NCBI GenBank assembly: GCA_028023455.1
Contig: JAQFVV010000005.1
Location: 1,178,001-1,242,000 of the forward strand
DNA length: 64,000 nt
DNA from: Epiperipatus broadwayi
Taxonomy: Eukaryota > Animalia > Onychophora
Reading direction: 5' to 3'
Of the stretch, positions 26,572 through 41,129 are shown piece by piece (position 1 is the stretch's first letter; each line of letters starts with the position of its first letter). A program made the position numbers and the translations under genes. The notes under the pieces were generated by a model, which saw only the letters and a program-made list of their open reading frames with translations, made no database searches and had not been told where the DNA came from.

Positions 26572-26969
26572 AAAAACAGGCTAAACTCTTTATATGTATT
26601 GCCACTCAGTGCAAGCCAGAGTAATCAATGGATGCCAGAAGGCTTGCCCATCTATTGCCTACTCATCCAATATCCCCAAACTAGTTTTTGCCTTGTGGCC
26701 TTAAAGGCCAAAGCCCACAAGCCAGAAACTAGTCTGGGGTTATTGGATGAGTAGGCACTAGATGGTGATTTTATGCACAAAGGCCACAAGTCAGAAACTA
26801 GTCTGGGGATATTGGATGAGTAGGTACTAGATGGGGATTTCATGCACAAGCCTTCTGGCATTCATTGATTACTCTGTAGATGAGGATTTTATGCACAAGC
26901 TTTCTGGCATCCATTGATTACTCTGACTTTCCCTGAGTGGCAATACGTGTAGAGAGTTTTGCCTGTTTT
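26572..26969. mobile_element. MITE-like fold-back with internal tandem duplications in the right arm
   Basis: aaaacagg..aaactct..ta.gtattgccactcag..ccagagtaatcaatggatgccagaa is mirrored at 26895-26969. Duplicated 69-bp and 49-bp blocks lie at 26716-26925. Confidence 0.85.
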
Positions 26970-27189
26970 AATAACAGTTATAAGCAAGCCTAAGAAATGG
27001 TGATCATGTGAAGATATGAAGTATTTGTAAAATAACTATATCATCTGAAAAATCTGGATGACTTAAATAATCTCCATGTTTTGTTTACTTCTTAACCTTT
27101 TTCACAAAATTCTTGTAATACTACCGCAAAAAGTTTTGAAGATATGGAATCACTCTGTCTTACATCCTTCTCGCTATCAATTTGATAAA

Positions 27190-27400
27190 TATTCTTGAGA
27201 ATGTGACAAATATCTCAAGTCTATATCTTGATGATCCAATGTTTTAATCACTGTACATATGTTTATACAATCAAATATCTTTTCACAAATTACAAATCAA
27301 AAGCATAATGACAATTCATATCCACTGGTTCTTTTTATAACTCCTTTCAATACCAAATAACGACTAACTATCCAATGTTGATTGGTAAATAGATATCTGG
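27190..27400 (-). mobile_element. Degraded RTE internal (RT) fragment
   Basis: Reverse complement aligns to about 3480-3670 (tgtcattatg.ttt, agtgattaaa.cattggatcatcaag). Confidence 0.8.
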
Positions 27401-29109
27401 TTATTTTTATCTGGAGGGTAAAACAAGGTTGGAAAATCATTATAACCATCACAGCCTGGTAATTCAAATTCTGTAATTAATCTATTTTTTTAAACTTTTC
27501 TTTGTAGGAGATCTATTGGAGAGTTTCGCCCTGCAAAGCTGCTATATTGATATGTAAAGCAAACATTTTCAAGGGTTAAATGATGTATATCCAGAATTAG
27601 TCTGACTTTATTTATTATTAATGCTAACATTTTGATTGGATCATACCTATCATTATCTAGATAGTGGAGTTCATGTGTTTGTTGCAGAGAAGCTTAAAAT
27701 CAAAACTGTTCTATTTAATTTATAATATTAGACTTAAGTACCTAATTTCATATTTGTTAGATAATATTTTGTACAACAAAAAAAACCTCAGAAATACATC
27801 AGAAGAGGAACAGAGGGAGGGGAAGAGTAATGGCCAATGAACTACATTTGAAGGTAGTAGCTTTTTTAAAAATCATGTCTTAAAGTTTTTCAGCTGAGGA
27901 TAGATAGTTCGACTGGATTTCAACAGCCTCTAACAAAATTTGTAATGCATGTCGATCAAAAAATCTCTTAGTTTCAAATCCAGTTTATCATTATCTCCTC
28001 TTTGGGTGTTTTTTATTATTATTATTATTATATAAAATATCTATTCCATTTTTGATGGGTTTTAAATCGGATATTTAAGAATAATTTGATAAATTAAATT
28101 CAATAGTTTTCACTATTTCAGCTCTCATCAATAACAGGTTGATAGATGCCTGTTCCTCAGACAATGGCAAATGTGATCTAATTCTATTGATCAAAACAAA
28201 TAACAACTATATATGCAGATGAGTCTGAAATATATCAGTATTATATATTAGCGGTAAAGGCAGATAAATCAATTAGATCTTGACATATCTTATATAAAAA
28301 GAGCTGTTACTTTATTAATTTGTCCACTTAAGAGGGTGCATGTTTCATCTATGTCTTCTATACACTCTTCAGTCGGGTAATTATTAAATCATGACTTACA
28401 GTATAATACATGGCCTATCAGTAAATATATATTTGAGCATTGTTTTTATTACATTTTATGACTTACAAAGCTATATCTATAATATATGATCAGTGAGTGC
28501 AATATAGTCTTAGTTCTAACCATGAGTATGCTTTTGATCTGTATGTTTAACCATTTAATTTTTGACATGCCAATGTATAAATTCAAGCACTGTTTCATAG
28601 GTACGTCGCATTTTCTACTATTTAGTTCCAAATAAATTGTTATAATTACAGTATAATATGCAAATTACAAATATGGAATCAATTGGCATGGCAAGATACT
28701 GATAAACCAAAAAAGAAACTAAAAGAAATAAGTAAAATGAAAAACCAATTTTTCCATTACAGGGCAAAGCATCTTCAAAACAGTCTTTCTAAGGAATAAC
28801 AAAGGAAAAAGAATTCTTTCTCTGATCAAGTAACTTGTTAAGCGGTGGGGTTATTTGTTTTATCCTATTGCTAAGAGTGGAGAGATGCTTATTTAATGTT
28901 CAATAATTGCTGGCTAGAAGAATCTCATATTGCAGAGATAGCACATGTCTTTATTACCTGGGTTTGAATCTGGATTTATGAAATTGTTTTTAAGAAGCTT
29001 GGGATTTATATATTTTTTTCAAGTAATTAGCCAACTGTACCAATCATTCATTATTGTATCCAGCTATTTTTAGCTAGAAAATAGGGATGAAAAATTGCTT
29101 AAACCAAAA

Positions 29110-29640
29110 CCACCAGTAAATATCAAGTCTGGTAAGGGATATCTTCTTCATTATTATTCTATGAAGGCTACTTTGGGACAATTTGCAAAGCCAGATTTTA
29201 AGTTGATCTAGTCATTCAGGAGGCTATAAAGAGTGGCATATTCTCGAACATCAGAATTGCCATTTTTCTAACCTTTGCAGTCTGGTTATCCAGATGCAAG
29301 TATTTATTTGAAAATGCTAATCGCAGTGCCTGCAACATCTATATCAAATTATTCGAGCGGTTCAGGGACAGAGATAGATTGCTGACTCCGGACTGGCTCT
29401 TTCAAGAAACTTGGGCCAGAGTCACCCTCACGGAAGAATGAAGGAGGGACCCCCCCCATCTTGAACCACAGCAAGCTCTACACAGGGACTGCCTTGCAAC
29501 AATGTAAAAAGAAAATAGCCATGTACAGATAAACACGTCCAATTACTGCCTTGCAACAGTGTAAAAAGAAAATAGCCATGTACAGATAAACACGTCCAAT
29601 TGTATCAAATAAATTTTAATTTATTTTAATAAAAAAAAAT
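29110..29640 (+). mobile_element. L1/Tx1-clade LINE 3' end with short UTR and A-rich tail
   Basis: Open frame LVIQEAIKSGIFSNIRIAIFLTFAVWLSRCKYLFE...TEE* at about 29208-29441 is homologous to AFKNGHFEIIRLATFINFCIWSRRNKIIFE of the 15077 copy. It has no ATG, so it is absent from the ORF track. Confidence 0.75.
29488..29601. repeat. 57-bp tandem duplication, one mismatch
   Basis: actgccttgcaaca(a/g)tgtaaaaag...cacgtccaatt present twice, at 29488 and 29545. Confidence 0.95.
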
Positions 29641-31539
29641 TGAGGCCAGGACTCAAATTCCAGATCATTGCCATATTTGGTGGATACATTAAATGCCGTA
29701 CAATATGACTATAAAAATGGTAATTGTAAACAATTTAAATTTCTTTAATATTTAATGAGCAAGGTATTTAAATTGTATCTTATTTATTAAAGAATTATTT
29801 GGTATAAATATATACATATAGCAGCCATTTGTAAATGACTATGATGACCATTTTCAAGAAAGAGAAAACAAAAATGCTTTAAAATCCAGTTTTGCATTGA
29901 TATACAAAACAATCTTCGGACCACAAATATATCCACATGCAGAACATGTCGCTGTTTTGCAAATCTGTCTTAATTCTACAGCAGAAAACTTTTTTCTGAA
30001 ATATTTCATCATATTTGTAATTATAGCTGTGCAATGTTTTCTGTTCTTCACAATGGCATCAATCAACATTGCATCTTAAAATATCTGAGATAATCTATAT
30101 AATGTAAATGTAGTCTACTTATCACTAAAACCATTAATGATTATATTGCGCTTTAACATAAATTGGTGAAGTTATTAAACTAATAAATAATAATATTTGG
30201 CTTAGCACTTTCGGGGTATGTTAACACCCATATTCATAGCCTTTGTCATTAGTGATATAGAGCAGTTGTTTTTTATGCAAATCATTTAATTCTATCATTT
30301 TTTTGAAATCGCGAAACATGTATCTTGACAATTAATGGCATTCAGTCATTCGTGATGAAATAAGCTTTTATTTTCCTATTTTTTAAAGGAAATCTTGCAT
30401 TGTCCATTTGGTTTATTATCCAACCCAGTGAAGGTGTGATCTTATAATAATGGACTCTGTAATACATAGATTAAAGGCCATCATTGAAAGTTAACTGTTA
30501 GCTTTATGTAACAATTAAAATGAAACCATTCTGCTATAACATACTTCCAAATTTTAAATAGATTTTTTGCTACATTGCTAAATTACATGTTCGTCAGTAG
30601 ACTGCATATTGGTATCTGTAAAAGCACCAAGTTAAAGTGACTATATTTAAATGAGGGATGAATACTAATGGATTACAAAATTGCATATAGGCATGAACAT
30701 GGATTTGTTAAGCTATATTTTTATTCTGCTTTTTAACTATAGTAATGACAACAATTTTATATCTTAACATTTTGAACAAGTTGGAAACATTTTAGTAAAG
30801 CACTCGAGTAATCCTCTTAATTAAGTAAAATATTCTACAGCTTTATGCTTAAGTTGAATTTTTTACATAATTCAGATTGCTATTCAGGTATATGTTTATT
30901 ATTAAACCCATGTTGTAGAATATAAAATAAACAAGAACCGTCATTTTGTTGATACATATACTGTAACTTTTGAAGTTTTTACACATTTTATATATATGCA
31001 GAGTAAATGGATGTATGAAAAATGAGATTATATATGTAAAGGACTATTACATCATAATTAACAATTTTAGAATTAATAAAGTTTATTTTTTTACTAAAGA
31101 ATCAAAGATAGGTGTGTATATATATAATTTTATACCAACAAGAATTGTAAGTTTGTGTTATCAATTGTCCCATTTTCCAAACTGTTTTCTGACTTTTGCT
31201 TTTATCAATGAGGAATTGGAAGCCATTCTTAATTTATGTTTTACTGCCAGGCTTTGAACTGATGCCAACCTGCTTGTATAATTGTATAAATCTGACCAGA
31301 TCAGTAATTATGCATTTTAATAGCCTCAATTCTGTGTTAAGTGTAAGCATGTTTTTCATAACTATTAGTACCTTGATGAGATTTTAATGCAGATGAAATT
31401 ATTTATGAAATTAAAATTGGACAGAATTTTTGAAAGAAATAATTTGATATTTAACAAGAAAATTTACATTTTTAAAAGGATAGTGTGTTTCAGCGATAGT
31501 TTCATATGAATCTGAGATTTTAACACTTCAATAGAAAAA

Positions 31540-31800
31540 TGATGTTGAAAGTGGGATATGTTAGGATTAAGAGAAAAGGATCACAAGTAAGATGATTGAC
31601 TTCGTTGAAAGAATTAAGGAGTTGAAATGGTTCTAGGTTGGACATTTATTTAAGAGATGTGGTAATATAGATAGTATTCCATTGGATCCAATAAGAATAC
31701 AAGAGGCTAGAAAGAAACAGATGCATGGATGAGTTAATAGGGTTTGCTTGAGAAATACAAAGATGTTTGGAAAAACTGGATTAAATTCAGAGACAAAAAA
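31540..31800 (+). mobile_element. Degraded RTE 3' fragment
   Basis: ttgaaagaattaaggagttgaaatgg..ggttggacattt and gatgcatggatga align to 4355-4510. Confidence 0.65.
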
Positions 31801-33089
31801 AAACCCTTGATTCTATATTTGATTAATAGTCATTTATAATGATAATATACATACTTTTTATTTTTTCACATTTCATATATAAAACAAACAAAAAAAACAA
31901 AACAAAACATTTTGTATTTGAAATTAATGTGATGTAAAATACTTTAAAAGAAATCAGCATGTGTAATACTATTAATGTAGTAGGAAAGTAGACTGACAAC
32001 ATGTGAGATAGAAATGAATAGTTAGTGAAATTTGCTGGGGTGTTTGAGGAAAATTAAATTCAGAGAGATCTTTGTCTTCCTTAAAGTGACAATGATTGAA
32101 ATGATTATATATTTTTCCCTTCATATTTTTCCCTTCAAATTTTATATGTATAAATAAGTTTACTGATTTAAAAAAAAAATCGCAAGAATAACAAAATGGA
32201 TCTGATGTTTTTAATCTGGTAATTATAATTATGACAATCTTTTAGTCCAGACAAAATTCTATGTGTTTCAAATTTTAACAATTGCTAATCTTTTTTATGT
32301 TGAATATATACATTCTCAAACAAAATTAAATGAATATACACCTTTTTTTAAAGTTAAAAACTGAAACAAATTAATAAAATATCTAAGTTAATTAATGAGT
32401 GCTATTTTTTTATTTTGTCTTTTTTAGTTTGATATACTTCATTCATAATTTTCATTTTTACTTATCATTTGGAACTTTATGCCATCAATCTCTGAAAATG
32501 ACTGAAGATTTACTATATTCTAAATTATTTTAAAATGCCAATAGAATTATTTATTTTTTACTTACAGTGATCTCACTACAAAAAACATACACACTCAAGG
32601 GTAATCTTGGATTGCTAAATTGAACAGAATATTATTAAATTAAGTGATAGAAAAAAGAAACAAAGCCAAATAAGGTGTGCGTTATAAAAAATTGAAGAGA
32701 GAGGGGGAGAAATCTATGAATGAATGTTTATTGATTTTTTTTTATTACCACTAGGAAAATACTATGCCATTATAAAAATGGATATTTAATGTATGAGAAT
32801 TAACAATAAATGTATATTATCCAATAGATATCAGAATTGTTTATTACAGTTCTCTCAGGAGGGGAGGAGGTGATAAATGTTTATTGTTTTGATTACTGCA
32901 AAGACACTACAATACCAATAAAAAACATTTATGTTTTATATTTAAACTTTCAACACAGTAAAGGTATTGCATTAAATGTACCCTAACTTTATAGTGAGAT
33001 AAGAAGCATATTACTGAATTATTATTATATGTTTCAATCTGACAAAATTGTTAATTTGGGGAAGACTATGCATTCAAAAATCAGACTGG

Positions 33090-33420
33090 TAGTATTGTTC
33101 CCTCTTTTTTTTCTTTCTATCAATCACCCTTTTTTTAAATTCATTTTTTTAAAATTCTTTTGCTTTTTTTTTATTCTTCTAATTTTTTTTATTTATCATA
33201 TTTCACATCATCTTTTTTATTTATTTTTCTCTTTGATTGTTTTTTTAATTCTTTTCTCTTAATCCTTTTTTTAAATATATTCTATTCTTCTTTTATTTTT
33301 TAATTACAGTTACTTTATTCTCCCTTTCCATGGGTTTTTCCATCATTTTTTTTATCTACCCTCTTTTTTTATATTTATTTTACCCCCCCCCCCCGTTCCC
33401 TTTTTTCTTTATTTTTCTCC
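33090..33420. repeat. T-rich/pyrimidine-rich low-complexity tract
   Basis: About 330 bp almost devoid of G on the + strand. Confidence 0.8.
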
Positions 33421-35086
33421 TTTTGAGCTCATCCATACAAACTTCTTGGATTAAGTACTGTATTTAAATTACACTGATTTTCATTTTATTTTAGTTACTA
33501 TTTAAAGTTATAATGTTAACTCTTTTTTTAAATAAAATTGTTTAGGATGAAAACTTTTTTTCTAATTTTCAACTGTCTGTCTTGTCAATTAGCAATGGAT
33601 TTTAAAACAAGATGGTAGTATTAAATTGCGTTTCTATCATTATTTTCTTATGGACCTGAAAATGCTGTCAAAATTTCTAAAAAGGCAAACGTGAAAATGT
33701 TTTCACTAAGTTAAATAGGTGTTGTCTCAGAGTTGTATTTGAGCAGCTAGAATGATAGTTTTTGTTTTGCATAACTTTTCTAGAAATCTGACAACTACCT
33801 TTTATCTTCCTGTTAACTGACAGATGCAATCTGGAATATAAATGCTTTCTTGTGTAATATGTTAGATGAGATTTATCTTTTGCTAACTTATTGTAAGTTA
33901 AGCTGCAGTTTTTATTTTCAGTCTTTGAAAAAAAAAAGAGTTAAGTAGATATAATTGAGGGGGGAAAAAAATCTTTTATTATATATATAATTATACATAT
34001 TGGGGCACCTTAGTGTAAAGTTTATATTTAAAACGTTAATAAATATTGAAATAATGTTCTGGACCATATTATAATGACAAGATGTCTGTGTATGTATTCT
34101 ATAGTTTTCTGAGTTTTTGAATTTAAAGACAATAAAAGCGTTGGCCATTTACCAATGTTTTACAAGTTTTGTTGCTTTGTTTCTTAGCCTATGATTGAAT
34201 AATGGGGCTAGCTTTACATTTTGTTTTAAATTGAACTAAATTACTGCTGAAACATTTGAAATGATAAAGTTTGTATGACGGTGAACCCATGAGTCACAGG
34301 TACACTTTTAAGAGGTTTGTAAGATTTTGTGATGATAGGGAGAACATTGAAGATGATCTACAAAGGTACGAAATAATATTGTTGCATTTTATGTTGTAAC
34401 TAATGATCCAGACATGTTAGCTCCTTTTAAGTTTTTGTGATGAACAATTAAATTATGCCATAGTCTAATACATGCATTGATTTAAAGATGGTATTGCAGA
34501 CAGTTTGAACAGAGAACTAACTACTCACCTCTTTGCTTACCAATAAACATCTATATATATTTCAAAATATTATAATTGCTTTAAAGTCTTTTAATGGTAT
34601 AATGATTATTTTGAAACAATATTTAGTCAAAAATAATCATTTTAAGGTCTGATAAAAATATTTTGAAAGTAAATAAATAAATAGTCAAATATTTAATTGT
34701 TTGATGACCATATGATAATTAAGCTTCAAATTTTTCAGCTGAACATAACTAATGAATTTCAACATATTTGGCATCTTGTAGTATTTTTAATGCTTTTAGG
34801 CACAGAATTCCATTGGTGTAAAAATAAATAATTATATTGTTTATTATCACTTAAGAGTTCTTGTGGTATCGAGTATGTTAAGTAACACCATTGAATTGGC
34901 CAATTCAATTTTTTAAAATTTTTTATCAGTGGGAAATCAATCCAGCAACCTTTAGCTGTTCAGTCTATTATTTGGCTAAATCACAATGATTTCAGTGTAT
35001 TCTATACATATCTCCAGATTAGTTTCTGGCTTATAATCATCAGTGTTAAAATTTGTTCAATCAAAGTCATAAAAGTAAACATTACG

Positions 35087-35290
35087 TATGGATAATCCCG
35101 GACACCAAGGTTGGATATTTAAAAAAATATACAATAAATTGATTATAAATTCCTGCTAACTTTAAAAAATAGCAAAAATGTATTATAAATTAGGGTTAGG
35201 GCTAATCTTTCATTCATTAAGGTCACAGATTTAATATTTATGAACCCTAATTTGTAATACATTCAACCTTGGTGTCCAGGATTATCCATA
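35087..35290. mobile_element. ~200-bp MITE, ~30-bp TIRs, TA termini
   Basis: tatggataatcccggacaccaaggttgga / ttcaaccttggtgtccaggattatccata. An inner inverted pair atgtattataaattagggtt / aaccctaatttgtaatacat is also present. Confidence 0.85.
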
Positions 35291-36999
35291 AGTACTAAGC
35301 AAACTAAATAATTTTTTTTTTATTAGGTTTGTTATGAGAGCTAAGTTCTCAAAAGTAATATTTATTTAATTTTTTTTTTAATATTTCAAACATTATACAC
35401 AATGTAAATTGTACATAACACATTAACCCACTTATACTTCAAATGACAGAGAAACGTCTTTTGGCCAATTCACCCCCTGATGAATTTTTCCGTAAGTATT
35501 ATACATTAAAATGTGTGTAAAATGGTATACTTTTATATATATATTTTTAAAAAAAAGCACGAAATTCAAAATTCCCCACTCTTACAATAGACATAAGCCC
35601 CACCCTGACATGTTCAATCATTGTGTGCTACCAAAACTGTAAAACGTTTGGCATTTTATGACATTGAAGTTTTCAATGATGCAAAAACACGTTTATTTGT
35701 GAATTTATTACGGTTTTAGATTTTTTTTAAAAAATAATTTACACTATATTTATTAGATATCAACAAATATAAATTATTAATAACTTATTTTGACTTGAAA
35801 TACTTTTATTTTTCAAAAATATAATATTATATTAGCAGCTAACGTAAGTATGACCTGAAACAAATTTGGAAACTTGGCTATGATGTAAAGAATCTACTTA
35901 TATTTACAAGGAAGAAAATAATCGCAATTTTGCAATAAATATTTAAAAAATTTTAAACCTTTAAAACATAATTCGTTAGATATTAGAAAAATAAATAATT
36001 GTTCGTTCAAGTTTTTAAAAATATTCAGAAACAAAGAAGATTTTGTTGATTTTATAAACTGAAAATAATCTTTCTAGAAATGAATGACATATAGCATCTG
36101 TTTTGATTATGGTCTCATTTTTTTTAATATTTACAGAAACACAAAATGTGATTAAAATTTATTTCAGTAGTAAACAAGAATATCTATCAAATGAAGTCAA
36201 ATTTGTTATTTTCTGATAAGTAATAATCATTTTATCATGTATTTTACATTGACATGTGAGACAAAGAAAAATGTCAGAATAGCAAAGTAGGAAACGGTTA
36301 ACTCTAAATTACAATTTATATTAATATAATTGAATTTATGAATGAAAGATTAATTATTAATTAAAGTAATAATAATAATAGGTATTTTAATTTAAATAAC
36401 AACAGACATATTTTAGTTTGCTTAATAAATTTTGTTTTTTTGTGATAATATTAATTTTAGTTTTGCTATTGCAAATTATTTTATAATGCAACACTACAGT
36501 TATTTTTAATAACAGTTATTGCTAACATATATATATTGTATTGTTCTATAAATTGGATCATTCAGTATTGATATGTGTTAATACATCACTTTGTAAATCA
36601 GTTTATGCAAAAAATTGTCAAATGGTGTATTACTTAAATGGGATATATTGTTTGATGTTATAAAAAAAGTTATGTTTTTGTCAACTTTTGGTATATTAGT
36701 TTTTTTTCACCTTTTTAAAACTTTTTATTAGTTATGCAATTTTGGCCATAAAAAGTTTTACAAAAATCTAATTACTGTTACTTGTGTGTGTGTGAGTAAA
36801 TTCATCACAGCTGCTAAACATAATTAAATCGGTACATATTCCAACAATGGTTTATCAAAGAACCTACCTATAATCAAAATCTACCCCCTCCCCCAATTTT
36901 TTTATATTAAGTGATTAGTGAATGTGTAACTGAAGTCATCAATCTGAGAAAAACTTTATTTAGACTTAGGTTATATAAAGTAGGCCTTATAAATGTATT

Positions 37000-37450
37000 T
37001 AAGAATGTATGTGTTGAAAAGATAGACATTTAATAGCTATGTTTTACTAGTTCTTAGTTATGAATCTGAAACCTGGCACTTAACAGATGAGAATATAGTC
37101 TTAAGATTGTGCAACAAAGTATGGAGAGATGTAAGTGGTAGCAATAAGAGATTGAAAACAAAATATATGATTGAGAAAACAAATGTCACTGATATCATTG
37201 AAATAATTAAGAGATAGAAATGAAACTGGGCTGAACATATTACTAGGAATAATGATAAAGAAAGGATCTTTTAAGATTTAAATCAGATCCTAAGAGATTG
37301 TAAAATATTTAGAAAGAGACTACATGTGAGATGGATGGATGAAATAAGGATCTTTGATAGTGTGATGTGGAGGAGAAATATTATGGATCACAAGTCTAAA
37401 CTTGGGAAAATTATTCTGCAATGGATTGATAGTTGGTTGAAAATGATAAT
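37000..37450 (+). mobile_element. Degraded RTE 3' fragment
   Basis: tatgaatctgaaacctgg, agtatggagagatg, catgtgagatggatggatgaaataag and tgcaatggattgatagttggttg align to 4170-4610. Confidence 0.85.
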
Positions 37451-39330
37451 GTGTATTGTTTTTATTTATGTTTTAAAAGATTAAATATAGTTTTTAATAG
37501 TTTGGCCAGGATTGTTAATGTTTATTTTATATGTATAAATTTGTCTTATCATTTAAACTTTTTGATTTACTATGGAATGGAATGGTTTCTTAGATCTCAG
37601 TCCATAATTTCTCAAGTCACTTTAGCCCCCCTATTAATATTTATTCATCTGTTTTTTTCTCTTAATCATTTTTTTACATAGAGCTGATGGATATCAAAAA
37701 CTCATTTTTTTTTAAATTTTCTACATAAAGAAATGATATTTCATGTTTTGTTTATTTCTAGTTTTATATGTTTTTGTATAGATCACATTTTGAAGTTAGA
37801 AAATTGATTTATTTGTTTGTTAACTTTTGATCTTTTTCATGTTGGAATGAAATTTTAAAAATGATGTTTAATATATTTAAATTTAATAGAATTTCTTTAA
37901 AATTGATATCTAACAAAGTTATACCAGTCTAATCCATTTGAAACACTTTTCAGTATTTTAACTAAGTTCCATAGCTATGGAACAGAGGGTAGGAAAATAT
38001 TAAAAATATTCAATAACTTTTTTTATTGCAGTTACCAATTATGTTTACAACTTTTGATTTGTTTTAAGTAATGATCACAAGAGGGCAACATAAATATTTT
38101 TTTTCAATTTAATATATTTTTAATCATTTTAAAATCTTAATGTGTATATTATATTTAGTATGTATACATAATTATATAGCATAATAAGTCAGTAATTAAG
38201 TTTTCTATTTAAAATTATTTGATAGTTTTTATTTTTATTTTAAAGCAATTGATTTTTTTTTTATTAAAAAAAGCTAAACTAGAGAAAACACATTTAAAAC
38301 CATTGCAATTTTTAAAAAAAAACAACTTTTAAAATAAAAATAAAAACTATCAACCAATTTTAAATAGAAAACTTAGTTACTGATTTATTATACATACATA
38401 ATTATTCAAATATTAAATCACCCCACATGGTTAAGAATTTCAGAACTGATAGCCAGCATCAAAATGATACCATACTAAATATAATATGTACATTAAGAGT
38501 ACATATTTTAACTTACTTTAGAAATATCTAATGATATATACATAAGGGATATACATTTTAAATTATAACAGAAATATCTAGTGGTATATATTGTAATGGG
38601 ATGGGGTACTTGAGATGGTCGCATTGGTAGTGAACCTGTGGTGAATGGAAAATCATTATCACTCCCAAGTAAATTAAATTTAAAATTTACAAAAAATATA
38701 ATATTTAAGTTGTAAGATTTAATATCACAAAATATAAGAGATTTTGTATATTAAAGAGCATGAGCAACCTGAAAAGATCACTCTGAAAGATCAGCCAGTT
38801 AATTCCTTAGAGCAACCATGATTATCTATACATCAATCAGCATTATTAATAAGTAAAAAAAAATCATCCACCATCGTGAATGCTCAACAATCAAATAAAT
38901 CAATAGTCAATCTGGTGACCGGATTAGAAATGGGTCTTCTGTAGGCCAGGCCAACTATTTAGCCTTTGCCAGCTTGAACAATTATTTTAGCATTAATTTG
39001 GATGCACCAACTAAGTGCTAACCCATAAGAGAATAATGCTGGGACATTAAAACATGCTGATCGCCATCAGTGCTCTGGCGACTTAGTACCATTAATGTAC
39101 TGGCCAACTATAAACTTCATTTCTAAGACTAAAATAAAATGTAGTGCATGGGTTTTAAAGAATATTATCTTAGTGCCAATCTAGAATTTTTGTCTGTATT
39201 TATTTTTACTTTTCCTTTATTTTTTATATATATGTGCACACAAAACACTATGTCTGCTGTATGCTATATAACAGACCTGTTATAATATATATCAACTATA
39301 AATGTCCACTCAATTGGAGTTTTTAGAAAA

Positions 39331-39458
39331 AACTTGAAATAACAGCATGAGGGGGAGAGGATCCATAAATTAATTAAGTCAATCCCTATTTTTTTTTTAT
39401 AATAAGAGATTGACTTAATTAATTTCTGGACTGCCTTCCCATCTTTTTATTTCAAGTT
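39331..39458. repeat. 128-bp imperfect hairpin (MITE-like)
   Basis: aacttgaaataa...aattaattaagtcaatc is mirrored by gattgacttaattaatt...ttatttcaagtt. Confidence 0.8.
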
Positions 39459-40509
39459 AAATCTAAAAACTAATTGTGGTTGAAGAAATAATTATTTTAT
39501 TTTCTGGCTAGTAGTGCGCAGTCAACAAAAGCATTTAATATAAAAACAATCTCTATTATTTTAGTTGCTCTTGAAACTATGTGTGCTCATCTTTTCCATC
39601 TTAATGTGCTGTTCTATGAATTTTTGCTTGTTGATGCATTCTGCATAAAGAAATCTAATAACACTGCATTGTTCAATGATAGATATCAATTTAAAAGTAT
39701 CCAAACTTTTTTAAAAGTATTATTGATAAACTATTACTGCTTGTAATTGTAGTTTTATTAAAGAATTGTCTTTTTCTTATTGATTTTCTTCATACATATA
39801 ACATTGGTATCTATAAACTTTATACATGAATGTGTCTTATGCGAAGGAAGTATGTTTGTATTAATTTATAACTGACATTTTTCTTTAAAGTTCTGATGTA
39901 TATATTAAAATAATTTAAAGTTTTCCCATTTTGATATTTCATTGTCAGCTAGAACAATTATTAAATTTTAACTTATTTCCCAACTGATCTGTTCTTTCTT
40001 TTTGTAATTTTAAAAGTTTCTTTCTCTGTGGATTATTTTTGATTGTGATTGATTTTCTTTGTTTTCTGTCCAGATCGCTTTCTTATTCACAGTGGTCTTA
40101 ATCTCTAATTTTGAAAGCTTGCAGTCAAAATGACAATGTGACTGGCCGTTCAGCTACACACATTGAAAGAGCATGCTTAGACACCAGAGATAAAAAAGGA
40201 TTACATAGTAATCAAAGGAAAAATGATATGCAGTCGTAACCTCTACTTTAAGTCTGACAGCTGCTGCCGCGTTGACTGGAGTTGATCTCTTCCAAATAAC
40301 AAAGCTAGTTGTTAATTAGTCACATTTTTAGTATTACTAATATCTTTGTCCAATTAACAAATTTTCATCTGATGTAGGGTTACTTTTGTATTTCAGAAAA
40401 GATTAATTTTTAAAGTAGCTGTATATATATATGTGTGTGTGTGTGTCTACATCTGTGTAGAATAATATTGGCACACACTTTTGAGGATTTTTTTAATAAA
40501 TGATTTAAT

Positions 40510-41110
40510 ACTGGAAAAGGTTGGGCAGGAGGAGGGGCTGAAATAAGAAGAAATGGATCAATAATGAAATTTTGTCATCAAAATAATGAACAAACAAGCC
40601 TTCGAGTGGCCAGAAAAACCTATTGTATAATAGGTCATTCTAGAAAAATATTTTCCATATGATTACCAAGAGTCGATGTTGACTTGGCAGCCTCTAATAA
40701 TAAGACTTCAGTGGGCTGCTTTTAACAAGTTAAAAAAAATAAGTTGCTTATGTAGAGCTATTATTTTATTCTAATTTATTCTAAGGAAATGAGACTTGGG
40801 GATAACCAATTGAATAATGATTGAAAAAAATTCATTGAAGGATGCTCCATAAAATTTTAAAAATATTATGGTACGATCATAAAACCAATAAGTTCTTCAA
40901 TTTGCTGGATGTGATACTATAAAATCCACTATGGCAAAATCACACTTTTGTTGGATTGGACGTGTAAAATAAATGATCAGTGCAAGATTTCTTAAAAGGG
41001 TATTTTATGATGAACTTGAAAATAGTTTTCACGGGAGAGATGGACTCCATTATATACAGAGGATTATCGTAAAGATATTCTAAAGAAGGGCAGTATGAAT
41101 TGTTTCTATT
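40510..41110 (+). mobile_element. Degraded LINE 3' region of a second RTE/BovB-like family
   Basis: Fragments read as WAAFNKL, ETWG, WIGRV and RVFYDEL across frameshifts, resembling the RTE-BovB C-terminus. Confidence 0.5.
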
Positions 41111-41129
41111 GGGATAAGTTACAACTACT

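Noticed and set aside
27870-27970. - strand peptide RHALQILLEAVEIQS reminiscent of a Penelope GIY-YIG C-terminus
   Set aside because: Too short, with no supporting upstream motifs.
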